64,000 nt of DNA from Amphiscolops sp. MND2022 (taxonomy: Eukaryota), in contig OZ076412.1 in assembly GCA_964187785.1 (NCBI GenBank), forward strand, positions 25,048,001 through 25,112,000, written 5' to 3'. Position numbers and translations under genes: made by a program. The notes beneath the pieces were generated by a model. The model was not told where the DNA came from, did no database searches, and saw only the letters and a program-made list of their open reading frames with translations. Shown piece after piece: positions 12,901 through 24,974 of this stretch. Within the stretch, counting starts at the first letter, position 1. Every line of letters starts with the position of its first letter.

Positions 12901-15900
12901 CGACCCGCTGTCACAGAGGACTACATTTGCACCGTCAAGGCCAGATAAACGAAGTCGGAAAGAGATCGCGGAAATTGACGTGGAACTAAGGTACAGAGGA
13001 AACCGGCTAGGTGGGGACTACCAACCGATAGATATCATCAAAGAGGAAGAAGAAATGGAAGCTCCGGAAGAAGGAGGAGTACAAGTGGACCGAAATACGG
13101 TGGATACCGAAGAAGGTTGTGTCATCGGGGTAAAAACCTACCGATTGTTGACCTTAGCAAATTTCACACTGAGGGAAGGAAACCCACTATATACAAATAA
13201 ACCATATAGTTGGTAAGCTGAAGGAAAACAAAAAGCTGACCGCAGGCAACATAAAGAAAACTGAATTCATTCTCATGCTGGATTTTAATACCTTCACCTC
13301 AAAGACGGCAATTGAATCGGATGACAAGAGTCGGGGAAAGCATGCGGAGAGAGGAAAGAGACACGGGACCGAAAGGATTAAGAACGGATTTTGACAAATT
13401 GTCTCTTCGGTGGGGTTTAGTCTTCGTGGACGACTAGATTACCGTACCAATTGACTTCAGAAGAAGACTAATTTACATCCTTCGCTTCGGTCATTCGGAA
13501 ACTACAAACATGTCATTCGAAGCAAAAATGTCCTGGTGCTAGGAGATGCGGAAGGACATAGGGCAAAAAGTAAAAATCTGCACTGCATGCCAAGCCACAG
13601 GTAAGAATTTCAAACATCATTTTCCAAAAAAACAGCACGGAAAAGTAAAAATATTACCCGGACCCGGACAAGAGTTACAAATAGATTTCAGCGAGAAATT
13701 ACATAACAAATACTTAACCGCAGTACCTCAAATATTGATCGCGATAGACCGGTTTTGTGAATGGCCGACGGCGGAATATTGCGAAACAGCAGAAACAAAA
13801 GAAGTTGTGATCTTCTTAACAAATCGTTTTAATTTATACGGGACTCTAGAGACAACAAAGTTTAATGTGCCGGTGGTCGGAGAGAGAACGAAGTCGGACT
13901 GGGGCAGTCCGATATTAGCGCCGTGAAGAGCAGTTTAAATTCAAAAGTTACCATTACCAACATTAAAATGAGTCGCGAGACTTTATATCTCTGGGGAGCT
14001 ACTCGTGAAATCATGGAAGTTATCCGCGGAAAAAGTAAGAGTTGGGAGAGGAGGGTATTAGTCGAGAGACGAGAAACACTAGCCAGGTCCGTAACAAGGC
14101 AGAAAAATTACGACCTGCTGTCACAGAGGACTACATTTGCACCGTCAAGGCCAGATAAACGAAGTCAGAAAGAGATCGCGGAAATTGACGTGGAACTAAC
14201 GCACAGAGCAAACCGGCTAGGTGGGGACTACCAACCGATAGAAATCATCAAAGAGGAAGAAGAAATGGAAGCTCCGGAAGAAGGAGGAGTACAAGTGGAC
14301 CGAAATACGGTGGATACCGAAGAAGATTGTGTCATCGAGGTAAAAACCTACCGATTGTTGACCTTACAAATGTCACACTGAGGGAAAGAAACCCACTATA
14401 TACAAATAAACCATATAGTGGGTGAGCTGAAGGAAAACATAAAGCTGACCGCAGACAACATAAAGAAGGCTGAATTCATTCTCATGCTGGATTTTAATAC
14501 CTTCACCTCAAAGACGGCAATTGAATCGGATGACAAGAGTCCGGGAAAGCATGCGGAGAGAGGAAAGAGACACGGCACCGAAAAGATTAAGAACGGATTT
14601 TGACAAATTGTCTTTTCGGTGGGGTTTAGTCTTCGTGGACGACCAGATTACCGTACCAACTGACTTCAGAAGAAGACTAATTTACATCCTTCGCTTCGGT
14701 CATTCGAAAACTACAAATATGTCATTCGAAGCAAAAATGTCCTGGTGCTCGGAGATGCGGAAGGACATAGGACAAAAAGTAAAAATCTGCACTGCATGCC
14801 AAGCCACAGGTAAGAATTTCAAATATCATTCTCCAAAAAATCAGCACGGAAAACTAAAAATAATACCCGGACCCGGACAAGAGTTACAAATAGATTTCAG
14901 CGAGAAATTACATAACAAATACTTAACCGCAGTACCTCAAATATTGATCGCGATAGACCGGTTTTGTGAATGGCCGACGGCGGAATATTGCGAAACAGCA
15001 GAAACAAAAGAAGTTGTGATCTTCTTAACAAATCGTTTTAATTTATACGGGACTCTAGAGACAACAAAGTCTAAAAAAGGGGCATTCATCTCGTCCGAAT
15101 TCAAAGAATTCTGTAAATCTCGGAATTTATAAGCTCAATACTGCGCATCTGAAGTCATACCGGAAACGGTACAGTAGAAAAAGCAATAGAAACCATGAAA
15201 AATACGCTAATGGCAAACATGGATCACGGTAATAGTTTAACCAAAAGTATAAACCGAGCAGTAAAAGTAATGAGATTTACTATACATACGGGATTGAAAG
15301 AAACGCTGTTTTAAGCACACCACGGAAGAAACCCTAGAACTGAGCTAACATATATAATAGGACAGAAAATCGTTTTTATCACACTGATCAGAATAGTCCA
15401 TTTTAGCACTTAACAAGCCGATAATACCGATATATGTCGGAAGAGACGCGGAAGTGGAAATCACCAATCACATGGTGATGGCCTGCACGAAGACCGAAGA
15501 ACAGCAACTGGCTTCGGAAACAAAATCACTGAAGACGAAAATACCAGTTTGATGGAAAGAGACACAACCGAAAGTCTTTAGAAGGAAGGTTGCAATCAAA
15601 AATACAAACCGCAATAAGCGGGACCGAAAACACCATAGAAACAGATACAGGAAAAATTATTCACCGAAAAATTACTTCGGGACCTCTGTTTCACAGCGAG
15701 AAAAGACATTGAAGAGAGACGGTACCGGCAGGCTCAGCCGAAATCAAAGAACCGATATTGCTCGAGAGGACTACACGGCAGGTACGGGAAATGGTACGAA
15801 ATTCTGCGAGACATTCTGAACGGGCAACTTCGGATTGTACAAAACAAAAAGCGCAGCGAGAGAAATTCGGAAGACAATGAAGACGATGGCGACGAAGAAA

Positions 15901-16121
15901 AATTACCGGTGGCAGCCGGAGTAGTACATGACACGTCGGAGAGAAGCGGAAGGTTTGAACCAATACGGACCGATCCCGAGAATGATGCCATACAAATCGA
16001 TACTGACGGAGAAATACCTCAGGTTGAGAACTCAGAATTTAATATTAGACGGTGTAACCGAAATGTCAATAAACCGAATAGGTACGGTACTGTCCCATAT
16101 CAAGGAAACGTTTGTATGTGA
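9996..16121 (+). pseudogene. Heavily frameshifted gag-pol of the Gypsy element
   Basis: Fragments: protease VIDTGSSVTIMP (~10915), RT FYGFAEIPTIFQE (~11605) and CLDD (11669-11680), RNase H TDHQALKPL (~12308), integrase HHCC and ELQIDFS..IAIDRF (ORFs 13546 and 14521). Confidence 0.85.
12720..15070 (+). repeat. Internal direct duplication in pol (12720-13861 and 13900-15070)
   Basis: ORF pairs 12743/13923 and 13546/14521 are near-identical; 38-bp spacer; copy 1 lacks 30 bp. Confidence 0.92.
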
Positions 16122-16265
16122 CTAACACGTTGTTGTTACAGGACCAATTTGGAGCCGCACAAAAAGTACTCCCCAACTACTGTCGGGAATTGTGCAGATG
16201 CCACAGTACTTTCTCCCGGGCGGCATGACACCAACCGGTCCCTCGTCATATTTCTAGAGAAGCAC

Positions 16266-16281
16266 GAGAGAGAAGCGGAAA
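16266..16281 (+). promoter_or_regulatory. Polypurine tract
   Basis: GAGAGAGAAGCGGAAA directly before the TGT of LTR3. Confidence 0.7.
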
Positions 16282-16490
16282 TGTTATACGGTACATCCGT
16301 CAATTACCAGAGTCAACATTTAACCTCTACCGAGTTTCGGTCATAGACATACTTTTTGTATTTACAAACAAAAACAATTGATATAAAACTTTGCTATATC
16401 ACTTTATGTTTTTTGTCCGCTAGAGTTCATATGGTGTATAAAAAAACTATTTTAGAGAACTGTTTTATCCTACAAGTCTAGAAAACAACA
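16282..16490 (+). repeat. LTR3 (209 bp)
   Basis: TGTTAT...ACAACA; homologous to LTR2. Confidence 0.85.
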
Positions 16491-18186
16491 CTTTCGATTT
16501 CGGTTTTTCAAGCCTTGGGCCCCAATTGGGACCCTTTCTGGCTCCTTTTTAACAGCGGGAAAAACGCAGAACAGAAGAATTTTTTCTTCATTTCTTCAGC
16601 CGGTATTATGGTGACCATTTAAAAGTTGTAAAATTTTTGCTGAAAAGCTGAGATTTATTTTTTCAACGAAAAGAACTATGCGACGTTCATTTGTTTCGGT
16701 GGTTATAGTTACTTCAAATGCTTACTTCAACCTAACCTCTTCGATGCGTCCTAAAAGCGAGCTCAGTATTTTAGTTTTCATGCAAAACTTTGAGGGACAA
16801 AAATACCTATCTAACTGCTTTCGACCTTGAGATTATTTCCCGAATTTTATCCAACTCGAGAAAAATCACGGCAAACCTAGATGCGTCATAATGTAATGTT
16901 TGCTTTCTTTTCGAATTATCAAAACAATGTCAAAAATTTTTGCTTTATATTCTCTATAAACATGAAAAAAATCAGGTTTGGGCGGTTAGAAACTTTTACC
17001 TCATGCTTGGGGTGGCTAAAAACTACGGACGAGATACCACTTTGTCCAAACAATTGATGTCAGATCCGAGTTTTATTACGTCATAATTATGTAACATAAA
17101 ATGCTACTAGTTCTGGTCATTTAAAACCACAGAATAATGGTCGCAAAATAGCGAGACCTGAGCCTACATCCTTTGTTCAACCACTGGACCATGTAAACAG
17201 TATTTGTCGACTTTTACACTCAACTTTCATCTGAGAAACTAATTTCAGGCCGATTTTCGATGTCAAAAAAATCTACCCCCATTGAATTTTAAGTTATCAT
17301 TTATTTTGAAAACGGAAAACACTTTATAGGAAATTTTTGGTCGCTTTATAACTGACACCAAAACCAATAGCATATTATGATATAGAATAATAAGGTGATA
17401 AATCTCGAATACAACGTCCTAACCTTTTTATTATGTATGTTGGTTTTCAATTTGTGCAATAATCCATTCACTGCCGCTTTTTCAAATGAAAAATTTTGTC
17501 AAATCAAATTCGGAATTGATTTTTTTTCAATTATTTACGAAAATGCAAGAAAACCTTAATCGTGGAATTCAAGTTCCACGCGTTTCTCCAGGTTGAATAT
17601 TATGTACTGAATATGAAGACTTTTTGTGATGAATAATTCTAGCAACTAAACAAGTTTTAGGCTATTTTGTTCATTTTACTTCGGTGTAAGAAAAAACCAT
17701 CTGAAGCACATATGAATTTTTTCACTCGTTCTAACTCAGTAACCATGCCATTGTTTCTGTATAAATTGAATTTGAATTTTGATTGGCTCAATCTGTTATT
17801 TCAAAATCAATTTACAAACTGATGAACATAGATTAGATTTGATGTTATTTTTGTTAGAAGGGCAGTTCGTTTTTTGGGTTAAACCCTAAGCCGGTTAATT
17901 GAGACGAATTCATATCTCTTTTTCCTTCTTCAATTGATGAAAATTATGGAAATTCATTAAAAACCAAAATTTGAGATCAAATGAGCAATGAATGACAAGA
18001 AACTGCTGTAATGACAGCTTTTGAAAACATTGTTTACCTTTTGTCGTTTTTGTGACAGATTTCGATGAAAGGTTATTTTAAATAGCATTACAGGAAAAAG
18101 AGAATAATCAGGTAGAACCGGTTGCGTTTCGTGATGAGTTCCCCGAAAGTGCGCAACAAGTGGATACATTGCGCAATTAATCATAC

Positions 18187-18257
18187 CCTACGCCTGCTGG
18201 TTTCTCCTCTTTACGGTTCTCTTCTCTCCACTTTGTAAGAAAGTATGGCTCCGGCAT
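18187..18257 (-). CDS. Putative exon of host gene A (MPEPYFLTKWREENRKEEKPAGV)
   Basis: Acceptor attgattgtttcAG, donor GTATGA; phase 0 start matches the end of exon 20545-20804. Confidence 0.5.
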
Positions 18258-20544
18258 CTGAAACAATCAATGTAACTATACAAATTTCGAAGAAAAAGGA
18301 GAATCCTGCTTCAACTCAGTGCTAAAAATCTTCAAAGACAATAAAAAGCGTAGTGGACACCGCAGCATTTTGCTTCGATCTTCATAATTGAATAAACGAT
18401 CATGGGACTAATGCATGAATGTACAAGTATTATGTTTAAAAAATGACAAGATTGTGAATGAGAATGAAAAATAGAGTTCAAGAATGTTCATCTTAATTTT
18501 GATAGCATTGCAAAAACATTCTGATAAATTTATGAGGTCTGGCAAATTTGCTTGTCGAATTTCTTGAAAAACTGTTGAAAGACTGTTTCTCACGCGAAAC
18601 TTTGAATAGGTGGTAACTTTTCTGTTTTGTTTGATTCATTTCTAATTCAGCCAGACACGTGAAATTATCAAACATATGAATCCAACCTGAGACGGTTTAG
18701 CTTCTATGCCTAAATTGAAAAGCAGAGCCCAGACAGGGCATCATTTGCGGACTGCAATTATGATATTAATGGGGGGGATATGAATGGGCTTAAGCCAATA
18801 TTTTCTATCATAAAAGCTGAATTTGTAGATCATTTGGATTAAAGTTTAGCGTAAGAACAAATGTCTCATCTCTCGACAATTTTCATACGAAATAAACGAT
18901 ATGTTCTATCGAAGGATTCACAAAATCAATCGTCATCAAACATCGTAGGTTTTTTTCCAATTCTGCGAAAATTGGTAGGCGAACAGCTTGATGACTGTGA
19001 GTATTCTCAGATACAAAACAATTTTATCTGTTGGGAAGGACATGCCATAATATTATTTGACACCTGTTTAACAGACACATCGGTCTAAACTGTACGATGT
19101 CTAACAGCTCTGACTTTTTGGGCAATGAATTCGACTATAGCTAGCCTGGGAGATTATGGAAAGCTTCCACTGTCAACCAAACTGTTGAAAGTAATAACAA
19201 GAACCGGTGCAAAAAGTCAAAGTTCTCTTTATATAGGCAAGAAGTCACACCATCAGGACCAAGAGCACTGTTTTGCTCATGTTTTCAATTGATTTTCGTA
19301 CTTCATGTTTTGTAACTTCTTGATCTTTTTGCAATGACTGTGGAAATGGCAAGTATGTTTGCGGAAACACATTTCTATCTTCGACCAAAAGGTTTCTGTC
19401 TGTTTCAGACAGATGAGGAGCTTTGAATTTTTTGATACCACTTGTAAAATATGTTGAGTTTTTCAGTCTTTGTTCAGTTATTTCAATTCCTTATTCAGTT
19501 TACAATCTGTTTATTTCATCCTTCCACCTACCAATCCAGTTAAAATTTCAACTGACTTGCGAGTACCCTCATGTACGTTTAGGTTTAAGCCTTTGACTTT
19601 CGTTTGTTTCATGAGTACACAAATGACGTAGAGAAGCTCGTAGTTTCGGTGTAATACTTCCACAACTCTTTTCTGGTTCTTCAAAGATGGGGTTTTCAGA
19701 CTGGAACTTGAAAAAATTTTACGAAAAGTTGAGTTGTTAAACGTACAAAAGTTTTGACCATATTTCGACGTATAACAGCTCATAAGTGTATAACAATTGC
19801 TGTTCTGAAAAAGATTTGTTTTGCTACTTAATTTTTTTGAGTCTTCCGGATCACATTAAATATAATCCAATCTGGACATTGTTTTGTTTTCTTATTCAAA
19901 TGCGTAGGTCGACTCGGCGACATTTTTTGCGATATCAGGTAAAGACAATCTTTCAAATGTTTCGCCAGCTTTTTGACCCGTTGTATTCTGTGGTCCTGAA
20001 TTTCAACTTTTTAGCCAAAAAGAGTACTCAGATTTATTACATTTTTCGCGTTGTGATCTTCGACCAAATATATTTTTGGTATGCGTCGCTGTCCTCTTAT
20101 CGAAAAAACTCCGCCATTTGATGGTCTTTGGGGTTGATGTGAGATTTTATTGTTAAACCATTCTCCAGTTTGTAGAGAATAGCTTGACAATCTTTGCAGT
20201 CATTTATTTCGACTATTTCCAATTTTTATGAAATTATACATATGAGCCCGCCGGATGACTTATTAGAAGGTGTTATTACGAGTTCGAGTTTCTCATGATT
20301 TATTTTTTTTTGTGTTCGAGTTTCAGTTGGGAGAGTTTAGTTTCTTGGAGAGCAGCTACTAAATTTGTAAAGTTTTTAGTTTTTCATTAGGAAGTATACC
20401 TCAGTAGGGAGAAAGCTAGAGCCTAAGTGTCGACATTACGTAGAAATAAAAATGTTGTCGTTCGAGATGAACTTTTTATTATTTGCGTTGGAAAAGGGAA
20501 AATAAGGATTTTGAATTAAAAAAAGGGTCATAAGTGAGTATTAC

Positions 20545-20804
20545 CTCGCATCGTATCTCCCACAGTGGTTGGCAACTCTCGGCGGGGAGGATGAGGGTTT
20601 CGCAGATGCCGTTCCACTTGTCTCGGGTGTCATTGCAACTGGGGGTGGCGCAGCAGAGAGACAGGAGAGCGTATGCAGTCTGAGTCCTGTACTCCACCGA
20701 GTACTCGCTGATTGGCTTTTTGAGCCACCTTGACTGAGTTTCAACAACAGGGGGCGCTGTAGTAGTGGGTGGCTTCACTTTCTCAGGGTAGGGTGGCAGG
20801 TAAA
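20545..20804 (-). CDS. Putative exon of host gene A (YLPPYPEKVKPPTTTAPP...CQPLWEIRCE)
   Basis: GC-rich island, open frame, acceptor ttttgtctgttcacAG, donor GTAATA; 260 nt, phase 1 to 0. Confidence 0.7.
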
Positions 20805-20892
20805 CTGTGAACAGACAAAAAACAGGCAATAGCAAAAATAACGCTTCTCAACACACAAGAAAAAAATTAGAAACGTTTTTTCAATCCATTCT

Positions 20893-21617
20893 GCAAAACC
20901 AATAATAATGCAAAACCAATAATAACAGCAAAACCAATAATAACATATGCTCTGATGGTTTATGGCGGTACAGCAAAGACTAATCTTGAAATGATTGAAA
21001 AAGCTCAGAGAAGAATACTAAGGGCAATTTTTTATAAAAAGCGATGTGATTCTCTACAGAATATATATGAAAGACACAATATCCTAACTGTTCATGAACT
21101 TTATGTTGTTGAGCTTGTGCGAGAATTGTTCAGGCAGCTTAGAGGCAAGTCGCCGTTCGATTTTGTATCCGGTAATTACATTCCGGCCGATGTGAACACT
21201 CGGAGAAAGGCAAAAGGTCTTTTAGCAATAACTTACTCCCGAACTATCCTCCAACGGCGTTCCTTGAAGAACACAATCGTTAGAACATACAATTGGTTAC
21301 GTACTCTTGACCTAATACCCAATAACTTGAAAACTTTGTCAGAATTGTCAGTTAAAAGTCTCATTACAAACATTGCTATCAATTTTATCTCAAACAATTC
21401 TGAAGTCTTCAGTATCTACTTTTAGACCTCAGATTCTCAGATCGCCAAATCAAGGATTCTAAATAGATTTCTTTGAGATGTAAAGTTGGTTCTCAGGGCG
21501 AAAACTTAAATGTCGAGCTGAAAAGCTCTTTTTTCGTCCTTTTGACGTTTATTTAGTTGACATTTTACTATGTAACTTTATATCGTCAATAAATAAATTA
21601 TTATTATTATTATTATT
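20893..21617 (+). mobile_element. 5'-truncated non-LTR retrotransposon (LINE, CR1/L2-like)
   Basis: RT C-terminal ORF, AATAAATAAA then (TTA)n tail, flanked by ATTCTGCA at 20888-20895 and 21615-21622 (TSD). Confidence 0.8.
20955..21425 (+). pseudogene. LINE ORF2 C-terminal remnant
   Basis: ITYALMVYGGT..LEMIEKAQRRILRAI resembles the conserved post-RT thumb segment of LINE ORF2. Confidence 0.7.
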
Positions 21618-24600
21618 CTGCATGTATAAAGATAAGACATCAACTTTTTTGATGTTAACCCTAAATGGACCATGGTACGATTTCGTACCTGTTAGTTTCT
21701 GCAAACTTCTAAAGGCACTAGCTGAACGTTTGGGAAGGAAAACTCTGGAATAACATTTTAAGACAATATCACATAGCATTGCACGCATTTGCACAAAAAA
21801 TTGACTTGACGTCTCTAAAATCAAAAACCAAAAAATCAAAACAAAATGAGTGCAGGATTTCGGTTTTTGCACTTTCCGTTTGTGGCCTATTTATCCCACT
21901 CGTATCAATCTTGGGTCGCAGCGTTGTTTCCTAGCATGTTTCGAAACATTCTGAAATGCAATCAGAGACGCGAGGCGAAGGACTTCTCGCAGAAAAACTT
22001 GACCACCAATGGCCCTTCAACCCAGCAGCTCAGAAATCAAATTGAAAACCCTCCTTGTCTTCTTTCGAACGCGCTATAAACCGCGCTATAAATCGACCCA
22101 AATACTTTAGAAGATTTTGCGGTTTAAAGTTTAAGCACCAGATTTGTGAATGGCTTCGGGAATTTCCTCGTCCATTTAGGGTTAATAGCTAAGCGTTGGC
22201 TGGAATTAATCTCTTATCAAGACGAGCTATCTAAGATCCTTAGATCCCGTTGTCAAAATGATGGCAATATTTTTCATACCTTTTCATGGACTATCATGGC
22301 AATAGAAAAATCATGCCAAGGCAGCATGATTCTCTATGATCATGACAAGATTTCAATGATACATGAACGGTTCAATATGGTCATCTGTCGTTCGAACCAG
22401 TACACATGTTGTACAGATGTTTCATTTCAAAGTTCAATGAGACTACATAACTTCTGAATGCCACAACTCATTTGTAGCTAATCGGGGTTGAAACCGATGA
22501 ATTTTGTCTCTGTCTCAGCAAGAACCCTACAAAAGTTTGAGAAGATCGTTTCCGTGCTTACACTCAGTGTATGTCTCGATCTACCTCTTTTATTCATTGC
22601 CTCTAAGTCACCACATTCAACTAGTATGCTTGCTGAAGAAAACGGCTCACATCTTATGCCTATGATGGAAAGCATTTTTAACCTACGATCGGAAGCGTAC
22701 CCAGAGAGACTAAAGAGATCCCTTTCACTTTTCACATTTTCACTTGATCTGCCAAGCCATATGAAATCAAAGCGTTCGTACAATTTTATAATCGCTAATT
22801 ATTATCCATTTTGGTTTTTTGAAGTTTTTCAAAGTTTAAAAAGCGTTCTTTGAGCCCTGTGAATATTTTTTGGCCTTGTGATTTTTGAAAAACTGTTTTT
22901 TAAGATATCTAAACAACCTCCGTTTTTTGAGCCTGAAGCTCCGCGTTGACTCTAGACGTTGTCGTCTCATTTCAAAAGAGAGACCTTCGATCTAGAAACC
23001 AACGTTTCAAGATGGCAACACATTTTGTTTCAATTCAATAAAGCTTAAATCCTAAAATGACTTTGTCTGTGTGATTCAATTGAAGTATCAGATGTGCTGA
23101 GAAATACGGTTTACAAGAAAAACAATAATAAACTAACAAGGTTTTGCCATTCACCTAAAATTTTGACAATCAATTTGAAATTTCAATTCGCTCTTTGAAA
23201 TGGGTCGGAAAAAACGGTCGATCATTTTATAGGAAAAATTGTTGTTTTGTAGGCATGCTCTTCGATCCTTTGATGCCCTTGATGAAACTGCTCGAACTTT
23301 TTGCATGTACTGTGATGTTGCCAACAACTTCTATTATGATTTCCTAAAACTCATGAGAAAATATTTCCATGTTGTGTTTGACTTTCATCAAGCTGTTGAA
23401 ACGATTCATCAAACTTTTGGTGACAATTTTAAGCCTTGAAGTTTTGTAAGTTTCATTAAGAAACAGTTCTAGTTTTAAAAGCTAACAAGTTGCTATCAGT
23501 TTTACTGCACGTTTAGTGTGAATTAACTTCAATCGGGTAATAAACTGCAAATTGGTGTCATGTTTAGCGCGCAATTTGAGAAGCGGTGATCACATCCGAT
23601 GAGTAGTTGACAAAACAAAACGTGAATACAACGAGATGGTGTCAGTAACGAATTTGGGTTTATTTTCAAATTTAATTGCAATGGTGGAAAATGCGGTGTA
23701 ATTCTACAAGATTTTACCACCGAAACCTTACTGAATTTTCTAGGTTTTAAAAAGAACACCAGCTAGTAGCCTGCAGCATGTAAAAACTTCCTGTAGTCTC
23801 AACTAGGATGTGAAACAAAAGCCTTTGTGAAATTGCAAAAGTTTCTTTGTCCAAATGCAATCTAAGGGAAAGGTAAATAAATGGTTCCAATAGTCATTTT
23901 TGATAACTTACTGGGTTTTGGCCAGAAAACTCAGCTATGTAAAAAAATTTTTGTGATGTCTATCATACGGGTGATAACACAAAGCAAAATATCTGGAAAC
24001 TCTTGCCAAGATCTTTCATATTCTTAAATATTCCAGTGTGTTCTTGAAAGGCATAAGATCTTGCTATATAAGATCTTCTTTAATCTTGCTCCACGCAAAC
24101 CTCCGAATTTTTTAACTAGAAATCTAGAAAGAGTCTTTTCAAGAGTTTCAAGAAATTATTACACCTGCAAAACCAACGTTATTAATGTCTGCTGTAACGG
24201 CAAACAGTAATCGGTCGCTTTTCTAACTGAAAGCGACATCCAAAATTGTACAATGGCAAAAAATTCACATATAATTTTTCAATCCAAATAGAATTGTCAA
24301 AATGGTATGGAGGACCGTTTGAATCATTGTGGACTTCTTTAGACTTTAGGCGAATTGTAGAACTTTTGTAAAGTTCTTTTTGGTCACTTCGGCTCTGATT
24401 GAAACAAAAACAAGAAAGCTGCGAAAAGTTACTATAATAGAGGCATTATATTTTATGAAGCCCTTACTAAAAGCTAACCCACAGTCACAAAAACGCCCAA
24501 AGGATTGAAGTTTTTTGGATTTCTCGACAATCCAGAAGTTAGTAACTTATCACTTCCAGAATTTCATTGCTAACACGGCAACGTAAAATAAAACTTGGAC

Positions 24601-24722
24601 AAGCATCAAACGCTGGGACATTGACGGTGTAACTGGGACAAAAATGAAAATTAGTGGCAGCAAAATTTTCCGTTTTTTATACTTAAATCGAAAAATCATA
24701 AAAATGAAGAAACTCTACTCAC

Positions 24723-24974
24723 TTGAGCCCCAGAAGTTATGGGCGAATTGATTTCTCTTCGATTGACTGACAGGCATGGGCGCTATCGGAATCGAGGGCT
24801 CTCCCAAGCTGAAGGTCCTCAGTGATTGGTCGATCAGGTCACCCATGATCTTTCCCGCCCTTTTGTCGAATCCACCCCACCCACTTTTGTGGCTTTTCCC
24901 GATAAAGGCCTCCAACCAGGGTGCGAATAGTTCTTTGATTCCATAACGAACGTATTTTTTAATTTTGAAAGTTA
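24723..24974 (-). CDS. Putative exon of host gene A (TFKIKKYVRYGIKELF...AHNFWGS)
   Basis: Open frame in a GC-rich island, donor GTGAGT, acceptor gcttttttcgatAG (start less certain); phase 1 to 1. Confidence 0.6.

Larger units (their letters stand above)
9117..16490 (+). mobile_element. Degenerate Ty3/Gypsy LTR retrotransposon, three-LTR composite
   Basis: TGTTAT...ACAACA LTRs; flanks ATTTC (9112-9116) and CTTTC (16491-16495) give a 4/5 TSD match; PBS, PPT and PR-RT-RH-INT order. Confidence 0.88.

Noticed and set aside
22478-22853. Overlapping 101-aa and 121-aa ORFs as an exon of gene A
   Set aside because: No acceptor gives the required phase 1, and no recognisable domain; left unresolved
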